A DNA stretch of 64,000 nt, taken from assembly GCA_958009085.1 (NCBI GenBank), contig OY253668.1:1798001-1862000 (forward strand), given 5' to 3'. This stretch comes from Protoeuglena noctilucae (taxonomy: Eukaryota). The position numbers and the translations under genes are program-made. The notes under the pieces were generated by a model. The model saw only the letters and a program-made list of their open reading frames with translations, was not told the origin of the DNA and did not search any database. Shown piece by piece: positions 45,922 to 57,031 of the stretch (position 1 is the first letter of the stretch; each line of letters begins with the position of its first letter).

Positions 45922-47307
45922 TCAGGGGATCCCGAGCCAGGAGCTGAGGTCGGCGACGAGCGTCTCGGCCTCCTGAATGGCGCTCTCCACGGGCGCCAGC
46001 CGGGAGCCCCGCGTGGCGGGAGAGACCATCCGCAGCTTCTCCCGCACCCCGCGCACGGCGTCCCCCACGTTGGTCCGCAGCATGGCCTCCCGCCCCGGCT
46101 CCGTGTTCGACAGCAGCGCGTCCAAGTCTCCCTCCAGCCTCGCCACCGACTCGCGTAGCGCGAGCACCTCCGCCGACGTCCTGTCTGCCGCGCGCACCAT
46201 GACGCCGTCCACCATGCTCACGCCCGGTGGAGGGGCCGCACCCGTACCCGCGCTTGCACCTGCACCCGCGCTTGCACCGGCACTCGTACCCGTGCCCTTA
46301 CCCATGCTCGTTCCCATGCTGCTGGAGCCTGCTGCCCCGGGCTCCGACACCACCTGGGTGCACACAGTTGGGAATGTGAGTGGCCATGCATTTCAGGAGC
46401 GTGCGCCCGGCAGTGCTGGCGAGTGCGCGTGCGCATATGGCACCTGCACATCCGTGTAGTACGTGCTTTGACGCTGGATCTGCTGCATCAGATCTGTGGG
46501 GATCCGCGCCTTGACGTCCTCCGGCAGCCCCGCAACGACCGCTGCGAGGATCTCCTTCTCCTGAGCATCACAACGGACGCTTCAGTCGCATGCATGCGGT
46601 GACAACGGTGTGGCCCAGTGGGCCAGATACCGGCACAGCCCTCACGCACCTTGTCCTCCCCATTCTCCACCAGCTCCAAGAGAGCGCTGGACAGCTCGTC
46701 CGCCACAGCTGCGGGCTTATCGGTGACTGGGCGAGGGTCGGACGCCAAGTCCACCAGACGGCGCGCCACGTCGCCCAGACGCCCGGGAACGGACGCGGCG
46801 TCCGCGAGGGCACCCAGCGCGGCCCGAGGTCCGAGGGCCAAGGCATCAAAGAGCGAGCGGTTCAGGTATCGCTCCAACCGCTTGGACGCGCCGTCCTGCG
46901 GAGGCACTTCCTCGGCCCTGCGGGCATGCGACCACAACCAACGTCAAGCGCGTGGTTTTCGAAGCCCATGTCGATAAGCGCCCGAGCGTTTCCGCCGACG
47001 GCGCGCAACACTCACTCGTAAACGTAGGCCTCCACGTCGCGGGTGCCTGACGAAGACGCCTGGCTGCCCGGGGCCCGAGCAGGTTGGGTGGGGCGCTCTG
47101 GACCGTTCAGGGGGCTGGGCGACGCGAAGATCCGGGTGCGAGAGGGCGGAGGCTGCAGGCCAGAGACATATGCACATTCTCAGGCTTTGGCCAAGACCGC
47201 GGCGAAGACAGAAAAACAGCCGCAGCCTCTCTCACCCTCGCAGTCTTCCGCACGCTAGTTGCCCCATGCGCCCGAGGGAGGCTGGGTGCGATGCTCGTGC
47301 TCGCCAT
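45922..47307 (-). CDS. Uncharacterised helical protein with a plastid-transit-like N-terminus
   Basis: MASTSIAPSLPRAHGATSVRKTAR|PPPSRTRIFAS...DVEAYVY|EAEEVPPQDGASKRLERYLNRSLFDALALGPRAALGAL...|EKEILAAVVAGLPEDVKARIP...|...AETLVADLSSWLGIP*. Exons join in phase; no family recognised. Confidence 0.7.
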
Positions 47308-47728
47308 GATGGGAGGACGTGGATCCAGGATGCCGCGTCCGCTTCGGCCGGGGCTTCGGGCAGAACGTTCACAGCGATGCGCGCCTGTGGATGTCGATGA
47401 GTATGACCGGCGCCGCTTCTGTCGGGCAGGTGAGGGCCACACACCTGCTCGCTGGCACCATGGCGCTGGCGGATTGTTGCGGACACCACAAGCACCGTGA
47501 CAGCTCGCTGCATGTTCCCAGTCCTTCTCTCACGCCGGCAGTCCAGTGCCCGGCCCGCACTCGTTTCAGCTTGAAGTGGTGGTGGCCCCAACTCGAATTT
47601 TTCGCGAGGCAGCCGCGGAATGGACTAGCTGGTGGAATTGGTTGGTACTGCTGCTTGCTGCACACTGGTGGAATGGCCGTGTAAGCGACTCGAGACGCCG
47701 CGTGGGCTGCGGTGCTTGTTAGCTCGCG

Positions 47729-50299
47729 ATGGGGCTGGCTCCTGCGCGGGGGAGAGTTTCCCTCTCGCACGCAAAGGTGAGAGACGTCGACGTTGTAGAC
47801 GCATGCCGGGGCCGACCGACGGAGCCGTGGCTGCCCGGTGACGCGGGGCTGTCGTCTCTTGGCCGCGCGATGACGCCAGCCTCGCTGCGACACGCTCCTC
47901 CGCCTGTTTCGCAGGGCACGCTTCGGAGGATATTTCGGCGATGGGACAACCCCCATGAGAGGGCGCTGGCCGTCCGCGTGGCTCTCGTGCTGCTCATGTG
48001 CGAGGCCGTGCTGTGCGGGCTCATCATTTGGAAAGTCCCGTACACGGAGGCGAGGTTTTTAGGCCGGCGCGCCCATAACTAGCTGTGCGGACTGCTCTCT
48101 CCTACCCGGCCGCTGCAAACAGGTCACGTCTGGCCCCCTCCACGCCTGCAGATAGACTGGACGTCGTACATGCAGCAGGTGGGGCAGGTGGAGGGCGGGG
48201 AGCGGGACTACTCCCGCATACGGGGAGACACCGGGCCGCTCGTCTACGGCGCCGGCCACGTGCTCTTCTTCTGGCTCCTCAAGCTACTCACGGGCGGCCG
48301 TGTGTTGCTGGGGCAGCTGTGCTTTGCGCTGGTGTACCTGGCCACCCAGGCCATGATGCTGGGAATCTACGTGTACAGGCGAGACTGCGAGAATGCGAGA
48401 GTGCGGGACTGCGCTCGGTTTGCTGCCAGCGAGAGCCTGGCGCTGCCCACGTCGCCCGAGCAACAATCCCAGCCCGTGCCGCCGCCACAGTGAGGTGGTC
48501 CCTCCCTGGGCGCTGCCACTGCTGTGCCTGTCGAAGCGCGCCCACTCTATCTACCTCCTGCGCATGTTCAACGACGGCCTTACCACGCTGATCTCCAACA
48601 TCGGAATCGCGCTCCTTTTGACACGGCGGTTCGTCGCAGCCGCCGCCGTCTTTTCCTTGGTGACAGGCGCATGGTTGTTCCTGCTGTTGTTCTATTACTC
48701 TTGCGGGTGCCGAGTCGCTGCTGCTGCGCTCTCATGCGCACGCCTCGCGATGCCCCCATCGCTGCTGCTCCCTGGACCCTCCGCCCTCGCATACCCTCGC
48801 AGGCCACGAGCGTCAAGATGAACGTGCTGTTGCTGGCGCCGCCGGTCCTGGTGCTTTTCCTCCAAGGCGCCACTCTGGCGGAGTTCGCCAAGGGTGCCAT
48901 GGCTGGTCTCGCGGTACAGGCAGTGCTAGCAGCCCCGTTCCTGGCAACGAACCCCGGCGCCTACTTCGCGGGCGCGTTCGACATCGGCCGCGTGTTCCTG
49001 CATCAATGGAGCGTCAACTTCCAGGTGTGACGGGGCCGTCGATGCCCGCATTGCAGCCCACAGTGCACACGCACGCCGAATGGTATGCGGGGCGGGTCCT
49101 TTACTACCGGTTCCCGCAGACCCCTAAGCCGCGCATCTTTGCTTCACGCTGTCCCTGCCTCCGTCTCCCCAGTTCGTCAGCGAGGCGGTCTTCACGTCCC
49201 GCACCTTCGCGGTGGCCCTCTTAGCCCTGCACGCCTTCCTCCTCGCCCTGATGGTCTGGCGATGGATGACCCCAAAGGACCTCCCGTGCTCGGTTGCCCT
49301 GACCGCCTTTGTCCGTGCATCGCGGCCACCCACACACCCAGGGCTGGGGGCAGGGGCAAGCGCGGTCTTGCGTGTCCCCTCTGCGAGGGCGAGGGAGATC
49401 GCTGCCGCCGCGCAGGAGGAGAGCTTGGGGGCAAAGGAGGGCGGGTGGGGTTTGGGCCCGCTGGAGGGGCGCGGTGCGTACGGCGGCGTGACGTGGGCGT
49501 TTGAAAGGGGAAGCAGGACGTCCACTGAGACCCGGGGAGGCGGGAGGGAAGGTGAGAATTGATGCTGGCAGGGTCGCTGCAGGTGTTTGCAGGTGTATGC
49601 TGCGCACCTGGGGTATGCCTGGCATGTAGCTGTATTGCGTGGCCATGTCGAAGACGCGACCTGCGCCAACCGCAGAGACCGGGTCGCTCACGCCGCCGCA
49701 CCTGCCCGGCAGCCCCGCCCCATCCAAGGACCGGGACAGGGACCGCCGCTCGGCGCGAACCTCGCTGGCACGCCTCAGCACGTCGCACGTGCTATACGTA
49801 CTCCTCACCGGTCACCTCGCCGGCGTCATCTCCGCACGGACCCTCCACTACCAATTCTACGCCTGGTACTTTCAGCACATCCCCGCGCTCCTATGGTTCA
49901 CGGGTGCGGGGCGCGCTGGCGAGGGTGGGGCGTTGATGCGTTGGTGCTCTCTTGGGGAGGTGACTCCTGCGTGTGGCCCGTCCCCCGCAGACCTGCCCGT
50001 CTTCTCGAGACTCGCTTTGTGGGCGGCCATCGAGTTCTGCTGGAACGTCTACCCCCCATCCCTCCACACCTCCCTCGGACTCCTCGCTTTGCACGTGGTG
50101 CGTCTCCGTCACCACCGCACAACTGCACAGCTGCACGCAGTGCAGCTGCTCCCCTCCGCGCTGAGTGAAACCAGCGAGTTCTTCAACCCGCCCCTGCCAT
50201 GACCACCCGCAGACGCTTCTTGGATCGCTGTGGCTGGCGCCGCAACCGCCCGCCGTGGAGGAGGGCCCACACCGCAGCCGGGCCCGCAGCCTCTTTTAG
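47729..50299 (+). CDS. ALG3: ALG3 Dol-P-Man:Man5GlcNAc2-PP-Dol alpha-1,3-mannosyltransferase
   Basis: IIWKVPYTE|IDWTSYMQQV, GERDYSRIRGDTGPLVY, LSKRAHSIYLLRMFND, SVKMNVLLLAP, AFDIGRVFLHQWSVNF, ARTLHYQFYAWYF, IEFCWNVYP; stop TAG at 50299. Confidence 0.93.
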
Positions 50300-50418
50300 G
50301 CTGAGGACCGCTGAGGCTTACAGGAAACGCACACCGCTCCGCCGATTCGAAAGGGTATCTAGATGGCGGTGCGGCTGAATTTATGGGCAGATGCGCGATG
50401 TACGGATATGCCTGCAGC

Positions 50419-51653
50419 CTAGGACCCGTTCTGGCCCTGTGAGAACAGCACCGAGTACCCCTCCCCGTTGGGGTTGGGCTGAAGCTTGAAGTTGTCCAGA
50501 GACAGCCCAAACCTCCCCAAGATGGTGTTGCCCAAATCCTTCAGCTTTTCCATCATCTCCGCCTTGAGCTTTTCCTGCGACCGGGGACCCCTCCATGTGC
50601 GGAAGCAAAGCCACTAGCAAACAGAAGAGGAGCCTGGCAGCAGCGGCGAGTCCCGGCGGCCGTCCAGCGCTCCAAAATGGGCCCGCAGCGGTTGGGCCGC
50701 GCAGAAACTCACCTCCTGGGCGCTGACGCGTGGCTCGAGGCGGATGATGGCGGCTCTAGCGTCCCGATTCCCCACGTCCAGGTCGGCCACGCGCTTCCAA
50801 TCCTCCAGCGCGCGCGATTCCTCCCCCAAATGCTCGTAGCAAGACGCTCTGCGGGGGCGCGAGCCGGCATCCGTCGACCCGCGGAGCGGCTTGACAGCAC
50901 GCTGACATCAACACCCGCCCCTCGAGGCCCGCCCACCTGCGCGCCAGCGCTCGCACGTAGCCCGAATCCACCGCCAATGCATAGGAGCAGTCCTGGATGG
51001 CGCCCTGGTGATCCCCCTTCGCCATGAGGGCCGCCGCGCGATTCCCGAAATACACAGAGCGTTCTCGCCGGGTCGGCGGGCACCGCGACACGGCCCGCGA
51101 GTACTTGGAAATCGCGTCCTCCATGTTGCCATCCCTGCGCCGGCCGAAAGCGTGCTCGGTCGACGGTGTCGGTTATGCCAGAACGGCAATTCGTACTCCA
51201 GCAAGGCGCACACATACCTGTAGCTCGTGTTGCCCTCCGCCTTGAGCCCCTCTGCCACGCGCACCAGCTCGTCCTCCTCCTCCCGGGTCAGCTCCGGCTC
51301 CGGATCCCCAAACCTCCACGCGTCCGGAAAGACGGCCTCACCATCCTCGTTCAAGAACGAGCTCAGGGGGAGCCGTGGGCCCGGCTGCTCGGGTAGCACA
51401 GCAGGTGCGTCCTCCTCCCCATCCCCCGGCGCAGCCCTCGGCCGGAACTCCTGGGCCACGTGGTCCCACTCCTGAACGCACGGGCACGCGAGCGCATGGC
51501 GAGGCGGCTTGAAATGGCGCAAATTTGCACGTCCGTGCACATCGTGCCTCCCCATGACACAGCTTAGCGCCTTTCAAGAAGGCGGTGACCGGCACGAGTC
51601 ATCCCCGCCACTAGTGCATCGACGGATCGATGCCTCGGCCGCACCTGCTCCAT
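50419..51653 (-). CDS. Tetratricopeptide repeat protein TTC1-like
   Basis: [12 protein letters not shown]..., [53 protein letters not shown], and the TTC1-type C-terminus [39 protein letters not shown]; stop at 50419. Confidence 0.88.
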
Positions 51654-51928
51654 GACGAGCGCTCGGCAGGACGCGAGCTGTCAATGCTATCGATTCTGCG
51701 GCCGCGTCGAGAGACCCGGAGCGCGACGACGCGAAGACCGAGGTCAGGACGCCGGTGTGTGGCAGATGGGCGCTGTTGCTAGCCTTTGGGTTCGCACGAT
51801 GCGTCAGAACCCGACTCATAACATTGAACCAGAGTCTCCGCGACTGCCTCCACCACCAGGCAATACCAGGCAGCTCTTAGACATGCAATCAAGCTCATGC
51901 ATCGAGGCCGCGCTACCCCGGGCAACCG

Positions 51929-53516
51929 TCACACCCGCAGGATCTGCGTCTTGGAGTCGTAGCAGATGGCGATCCACTCGGGCTGCAGGGTGCTCCACTG
52001 CAGCTGGGTGATGGCGCCTTCCGCGGCGTACGCCAGGAAGGGGTCCATGCCGCCCTCAGCGGGCGCGGAGCCAGTCCCCGAGGGGCGCAAGTCCCAAATG
52101 AGGGCTGCGGGAGCGATACCAAGAGATGTCAGCCCACGCTGACCCGGCAAAGCTTTCCGCGACCACAGCCTCTTCAGCTACGCACCTTGCTTGTCGTCCC
52201 CGGCCGTGCACATGTGGTAGCACGAGTGCGGAGCCCACGCCAGCGCGTTGACCGCCGCGGCATGCCGACTCAGCTCCGCAACTGGCAGCGTCGGGAAGCG
52301 GATGTCCAGCACGATCGCACGAGGGCTGTCGAAGCCCAGTGCGGCGATGTAGCGGGGGTCCTGCGGGAAGGGCGGGGCGCTGCTTGGTATGGCACACGAC
52401 AACAGGCCCGATAACGCTGGGCACTGGCTGCGTGGTAAAGCCACGCGCCTGCTTGTTCCAGGCGAGGTGCAGGAGGGGGCTGTCGGGCTCTGGGCTCTCG
52501 TAAATGATGGTCGAGTGCTCCTTGTCCCGAAGGTCAAACACCCTCACGCTGCAGTCGGCACTGCGATCGAGGCGAAGGGGCAAGTCGTTTGATATATCGG
52601 TTTTTTGACTTGGCAAAACGCAACGTTCGACACTCGCTCCCGTCGCGCCGCGCCTCGCCCCGCACCTGACGCTGGCGAACACGCCGGCGCCGCCCCAGGC
52701 CATGTCGTAGACCTCCCGGTCGTGCGCAATGAGCTGCGTGTCGACGACGCCGCGCTCCACGTCCCACACGGTGCAGGTGGTGTCGATCGAGCAGGTTCCG
52801 ACCCGCTTGACGTCCACGTCGTTCCAATCAAAGCTCGTGAGGGGCGCACAGAACTCGGTGGTCCCAGAGTTGTCCAGCACCCGGTCCAGCTCCACGTGAT
52901 CGTCCGACACCTTCCAAACGCGCAAAAAGTCCCCCGCTGCGGGCAAAAAAAGCTTACTTAAACAGCTGCTGGGGCTGCGAGCTTCGTAAGACGGCCGCGT
53001 GCGCTCGGCCGCGACTCTCACCCGTGGCGACGAGGTCGGGTCGCGTGCCCTCCTTGTCGGGAATGAACATGACCTTGGAGGGCGGGTACGGGTGGCTGAA
53101 GCACAGGTTGGGGTTGGCCACGAGCATCTCGGTCTCCGAGTCGAGCTGGATGATCTGCGCAGGGGGCCAACAAAAGTCGCTCGTTCGCGTCCTCAACACA
53201 CCGCAGCACAAAACGCCTGCCTCGCTCGACTCCCTCTCACCTCCACCTTGTTGCAGTAGTCCTCCACAAAACTCGCCACCGCCAATCGAAAGGGCTTGTC
53301 GTGGCGGGACGACCAATGCATCGCGTACACGGGGAGCGCGCTCTGATGCGTGTACACCTCGCAGCGTGCCCCCTGCCCGTCCTTCTCCAGCCTGTCATGC
53401 ACGGGCCCCTCCTTCACGGGGCCATCCTTGACCGCCGCAGTGCCTTCCAAAGCCATAGGACCCCCGCCCGCCGGATCCTCGGACGGTCCCGCGGCCGCGA
53501 TGCGCTGATCAACCAT
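51929..53516 (-). CDS. WD40 protein DCAF7/WDR68/AN11/LWD family
   Basis: [109 protein letters not shown]. Confidence 0.96.
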
Positions 53517-54175
53517 CGCCGCTTACTCCCATACCCGGCGCGGCGCGCGGGTGCGCTGTCTGCGCGGGTCAGAGGACGAGAGCGGGTCGAGAGCAGAGAT
53601 GAGAGCAGTGCGAGAGCAGAGAGCAGTGCGGCGCACCCCGGGGCTGGCCGAGGGGAGGATGCCCACGGCTACCCCACGGCCAGCGGAGCGAAAATAACAT
53701 CGGCATTCCCGTCGCCGTCCGTCCAGCGGAGAGGACGCCCTTGCTGCCGCGGGAGGATGAACGAGGGCGCGCACCTGCTCTCCGCGTCCCGACAGCCGGA
53801 TCGTTCCCTCCCGCACTTGCCCCCGTTCTACTTCCGTCACGCCAGCCACTCACGCGCACACGGTGGGACCAGAGGGACCAAGAAAAGCGAATCTCAGAGC
53901 TTGGACCTCGGGGGGAGGGCAGCGATCGGTTCCAGCGGTCAGATGATTTGGTCATACAAAAGTGGGAGTGCAGCGGGAACACATCAAGCCCCTGGCGAGT
54001 CGCCGTGGCGCTGACACGCCAGAGGCTGCTCTTTCCGCGAGGAGAGCCCGTGCTCCGCGTGCGTGGGCGGCAATTCAACTAGTATCGGCAAACTCCTCCA
54101 GGCGCGGGACGCGGACGCGGGGAACTGTTCTGAAATTGGCGGGAAGCCCCCGGCCTTCGTCCCAGGGCTCGCCGG

Positions 54176-55673
54176 ATGACTGACGTGGACCCCGCGCTGC
54201 TTACCAAGTCGCTTGATGACATTATCGCCGAGGGCGGTCTCGGCAGGGGCTCCCGCGGGGGTGGGAGGGGCGGGAGGGGCTCCCGGGGCGGACGGGTGGG
54301 GGGAAGGGGCCGCGGGAGGAGTGTGGGGGTATCTACGGTGAGAGATGTTGGATCGGGGAGGGTGCGGGCGACGTGCTTGCGGGCATCTCTCGTCCTGGCG
54401 CAACGCCCGCCCGATGCGCGGATCCGCTGCTCCGTCGCGGTCCCCCACGGATCTCGAGTCTGTTTTTGGTCGTCAAGAAGCTGCGTGGACCCCTGGAAGA
54501 CCAGGCGGGGCGGGCATCGGTGCAGGACGGGGCAGCATGGCGGGTCTGTTGCGTCCGCAGGGATCCCGGCCCCGCGCCAGCGCCGGGCCCGGGCCCAAGG
54601 TGGCCACGGTGCGCATGTCGAGGGGGGGGATCCGCAAGGAGGGGTTCAAGGGCACGCCCGGCCGCGGTCGCAAGGTGGTGACGGCCTACGTGCCTGCGGG
54701 CCGTCCCCGGCAGCCTTACGACCAGGAGGCGTACGAGTACGAGGATGCGGGGGCGTACCAAGGGCCCGTGGTCTACGTGGACGGCAGGGGCAGGGGCCGC
54801 GGCAGGAGGGGCGGCCGGGGGGGCGCGTGGGACACCGGGTGCGAGCCTGGCGGGGTCGCGCGAGCGCGTTGCAGGGGGGTCGCAGGTGCAGCCCCGCGCG
54901 TGCGTTCTGCAACATCGACGCCGCGTCCTGTGACGCAGGAAGATGGCCGCGCTGGAGGGCGGGGCGGACTGGTCGCACGACCTGTATGACGACGATGGGG
55001 CGGGGATGCCCCACATGCGGCAGCGGAGGGCCGCGGCGGTGCCGATGCCGGTGCCGGTGCCGGTGGCCGCGCCCGTGAGCCGCCGCACCGCGGGCCCCGT
55101 GACCATCCGCCTGACCAACCTGGGCGACGACGTGCTGGAGCCGGAGATCAAGCAGTTGTTCGAAAAGTTCAACGCGGTCAATTGGAGCGTGCGCTTCGAC
55201 AAGACGGGGAGGTCCTCCGGCGTGGCCTTCGTCCACTTCAACAACTACGCCGATGCGGAGAGGTGGGGCGGCGATGAGGGCGTGATGCGTGGGCAAGTCG
55301 TTGTGGGGGGGTTGCGGGGGCAGGGGCACGGGAAAGGGCTTGGACGAAACGTGTTGTGGCCTGCGTGGCAGTCGCCCTCTATGTGTCTGTTGGCGGAGCG
55401 AGGCTGTGAGCAACAGTAGGGGTCATGGTCATGGGTGCACGGCCTGGTTCGTGATTGCAAAGGGTGTGACTCTGGACGACGTTGCTGGTCTGCAGGGCGT
55501 TCAAGGAGTACAACATGCGCACGATCGACGAGCGGCCGCTGTTCATGGAGATCCTGGAGGGCAGGGCTGGCGGTGGTGGGGAAGGGAGCCGTGGTGGGTT
55601 TGGGCGGCACGACCAGCAGCGGGTGGGCATCATGAGCCGCCTCGGGCGCGTGGATCAGATGGACCTCGATTGA
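54176..55673 (+). CDS. ALY/REF (THOC4)-like mRNA export adaptor, RGG plus RRM
   Basis: N-terminal KSLDDII motif, RGG-rich segments, WSHDLY motif, RRM IRLTNL...EIKQLFEKF...FDKTGRSSGVAFVHF...AER|AFKEYNMRTIDERPLFMEI; stop at 55673. Confidence 0.85.
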
Positions 55674-56016
55674 GGCGATGGGGAGGGGATTTGATGCGAG
55701 TCGAACGCGGCAGAGCAGGCCGAGCTGACGCTGCAGGGGACGGGCAGGGCGCTCTCATGACTGCAACTTAAGTTGGCCATTTGCGTTGCTTGGCGCGGTC
55801 GTTTGTCGGCATGCTGCTCATGCGGGGGGCGTGTTGCACCCACAGCAACCCTCCTAGGTGCATGTTGAAACGTGCAAAGGTGTCCGCTGTGGGATTGGGA
55901 TGCCATCAAGTCGGCTTGACTCCATGAATAAGTCGGCTCCGATTGAGGTGCAGCAACGATGCATGACTATCGCGAACCTCGCGGCATTCAACACGCATCG
56001 GCCCGACCCGATGCTG

Positions 56017-56677
56017 TCAGGCGCGCGGCATGCTGCCCCCGCGCAGGGCGAGCACAAGGTGTAGCACGGACCCACCCTCGATGTTGTATTCGCGCGCCTC
56101 CTTGTCGTCCGTCAGCGCCTTGCCGGCGTAGATGAGACGCTGCTGCACGGGCGGGATGCCCTCCTTCTCCTCCACGCGCTCCTTGATCCGCTCGATGGTG
56201 TCGCTCGGCTCAATGTCCACCTCAATCTCCTTGCCCGTCAGCGTCTTGACCTGCGCGCGAGGGTCGACGCGCGAATTGCCGGGCTCAGGGGACTTGGCCC
56301 GGCTTGCACCTCGCTGCGAACCGCGTGCGCTGCTCCCCTGCCCACCTTGATCATCATGCCGCCCCGGAGACTCGCGCGGAAGAAGATCGTGTCCCGATCG
56401 CGCACCCCGGCGTCGGCCAGCGTCATGTCGCGGTCCAGACAGCGGCCACCCGACACGAGCGCGGCGCACACGGGCCCGACCTGCGCGAGGGCCACCGCGC
56501 TGGGCGTGAGTGGTGCGATACGATGCATGCGCGGCGGAGCAGTCGCGCGTGGACGGCGGAGCGGAACGCGGCGGTCGTCCGCACCTCGGCGCGCGCTGCA
56601 ACGTCCCCTACGCGTTCCCGGGGGTCCGCGGGCACCTCGACGGCACCGCGGCCATCCAGAGAGAAGAGCACGTGCAT
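56017..56677 (-). CDS. RUB1: RUB1/NEDD8 precursor fused behind a divergent ubiquitin-like domain
   Basis: 3 exons: a 72-aa Ubl ending ...RASLRGG, then [48 protein letters not shown]...[14 protein letters not shown] with the NEDD8-diagnostic Ala72, and a SMPRA* tail. Confidence 0.92.
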
Positions 56678-57031
56678 GGCACCCTCGCTGATGTCAACGG
56701 AGGCGCGGAGAGACGCAAAGACGAGGGCGTGCTTCGGACGTCCAAAAGGATCGCTGCTTGGGCCGTGCTGGGATGGTTTGGCAGAGGCTGGAGCAAGTGA
56801 ATTCAATCTGCTGCCAGCATCCGCGGAGAACGACGCGAGAAGGCAATCGCACGTTGCAGCGCAGAGCGCCAGGAAGCGTCAGACAGTCTAGTGCAGGGAA
56901 AGAGCGCGGTGGCCTTGCCACGGAATCGACTCACACACTGGTAACTTGTGGCTCTATTCCACTCACGCATCAGACATGTCCCAGGGGCACCCAGTCGCCG
57001 GACCAAGCTAACAGAGCGTCCCGTCACGTCG

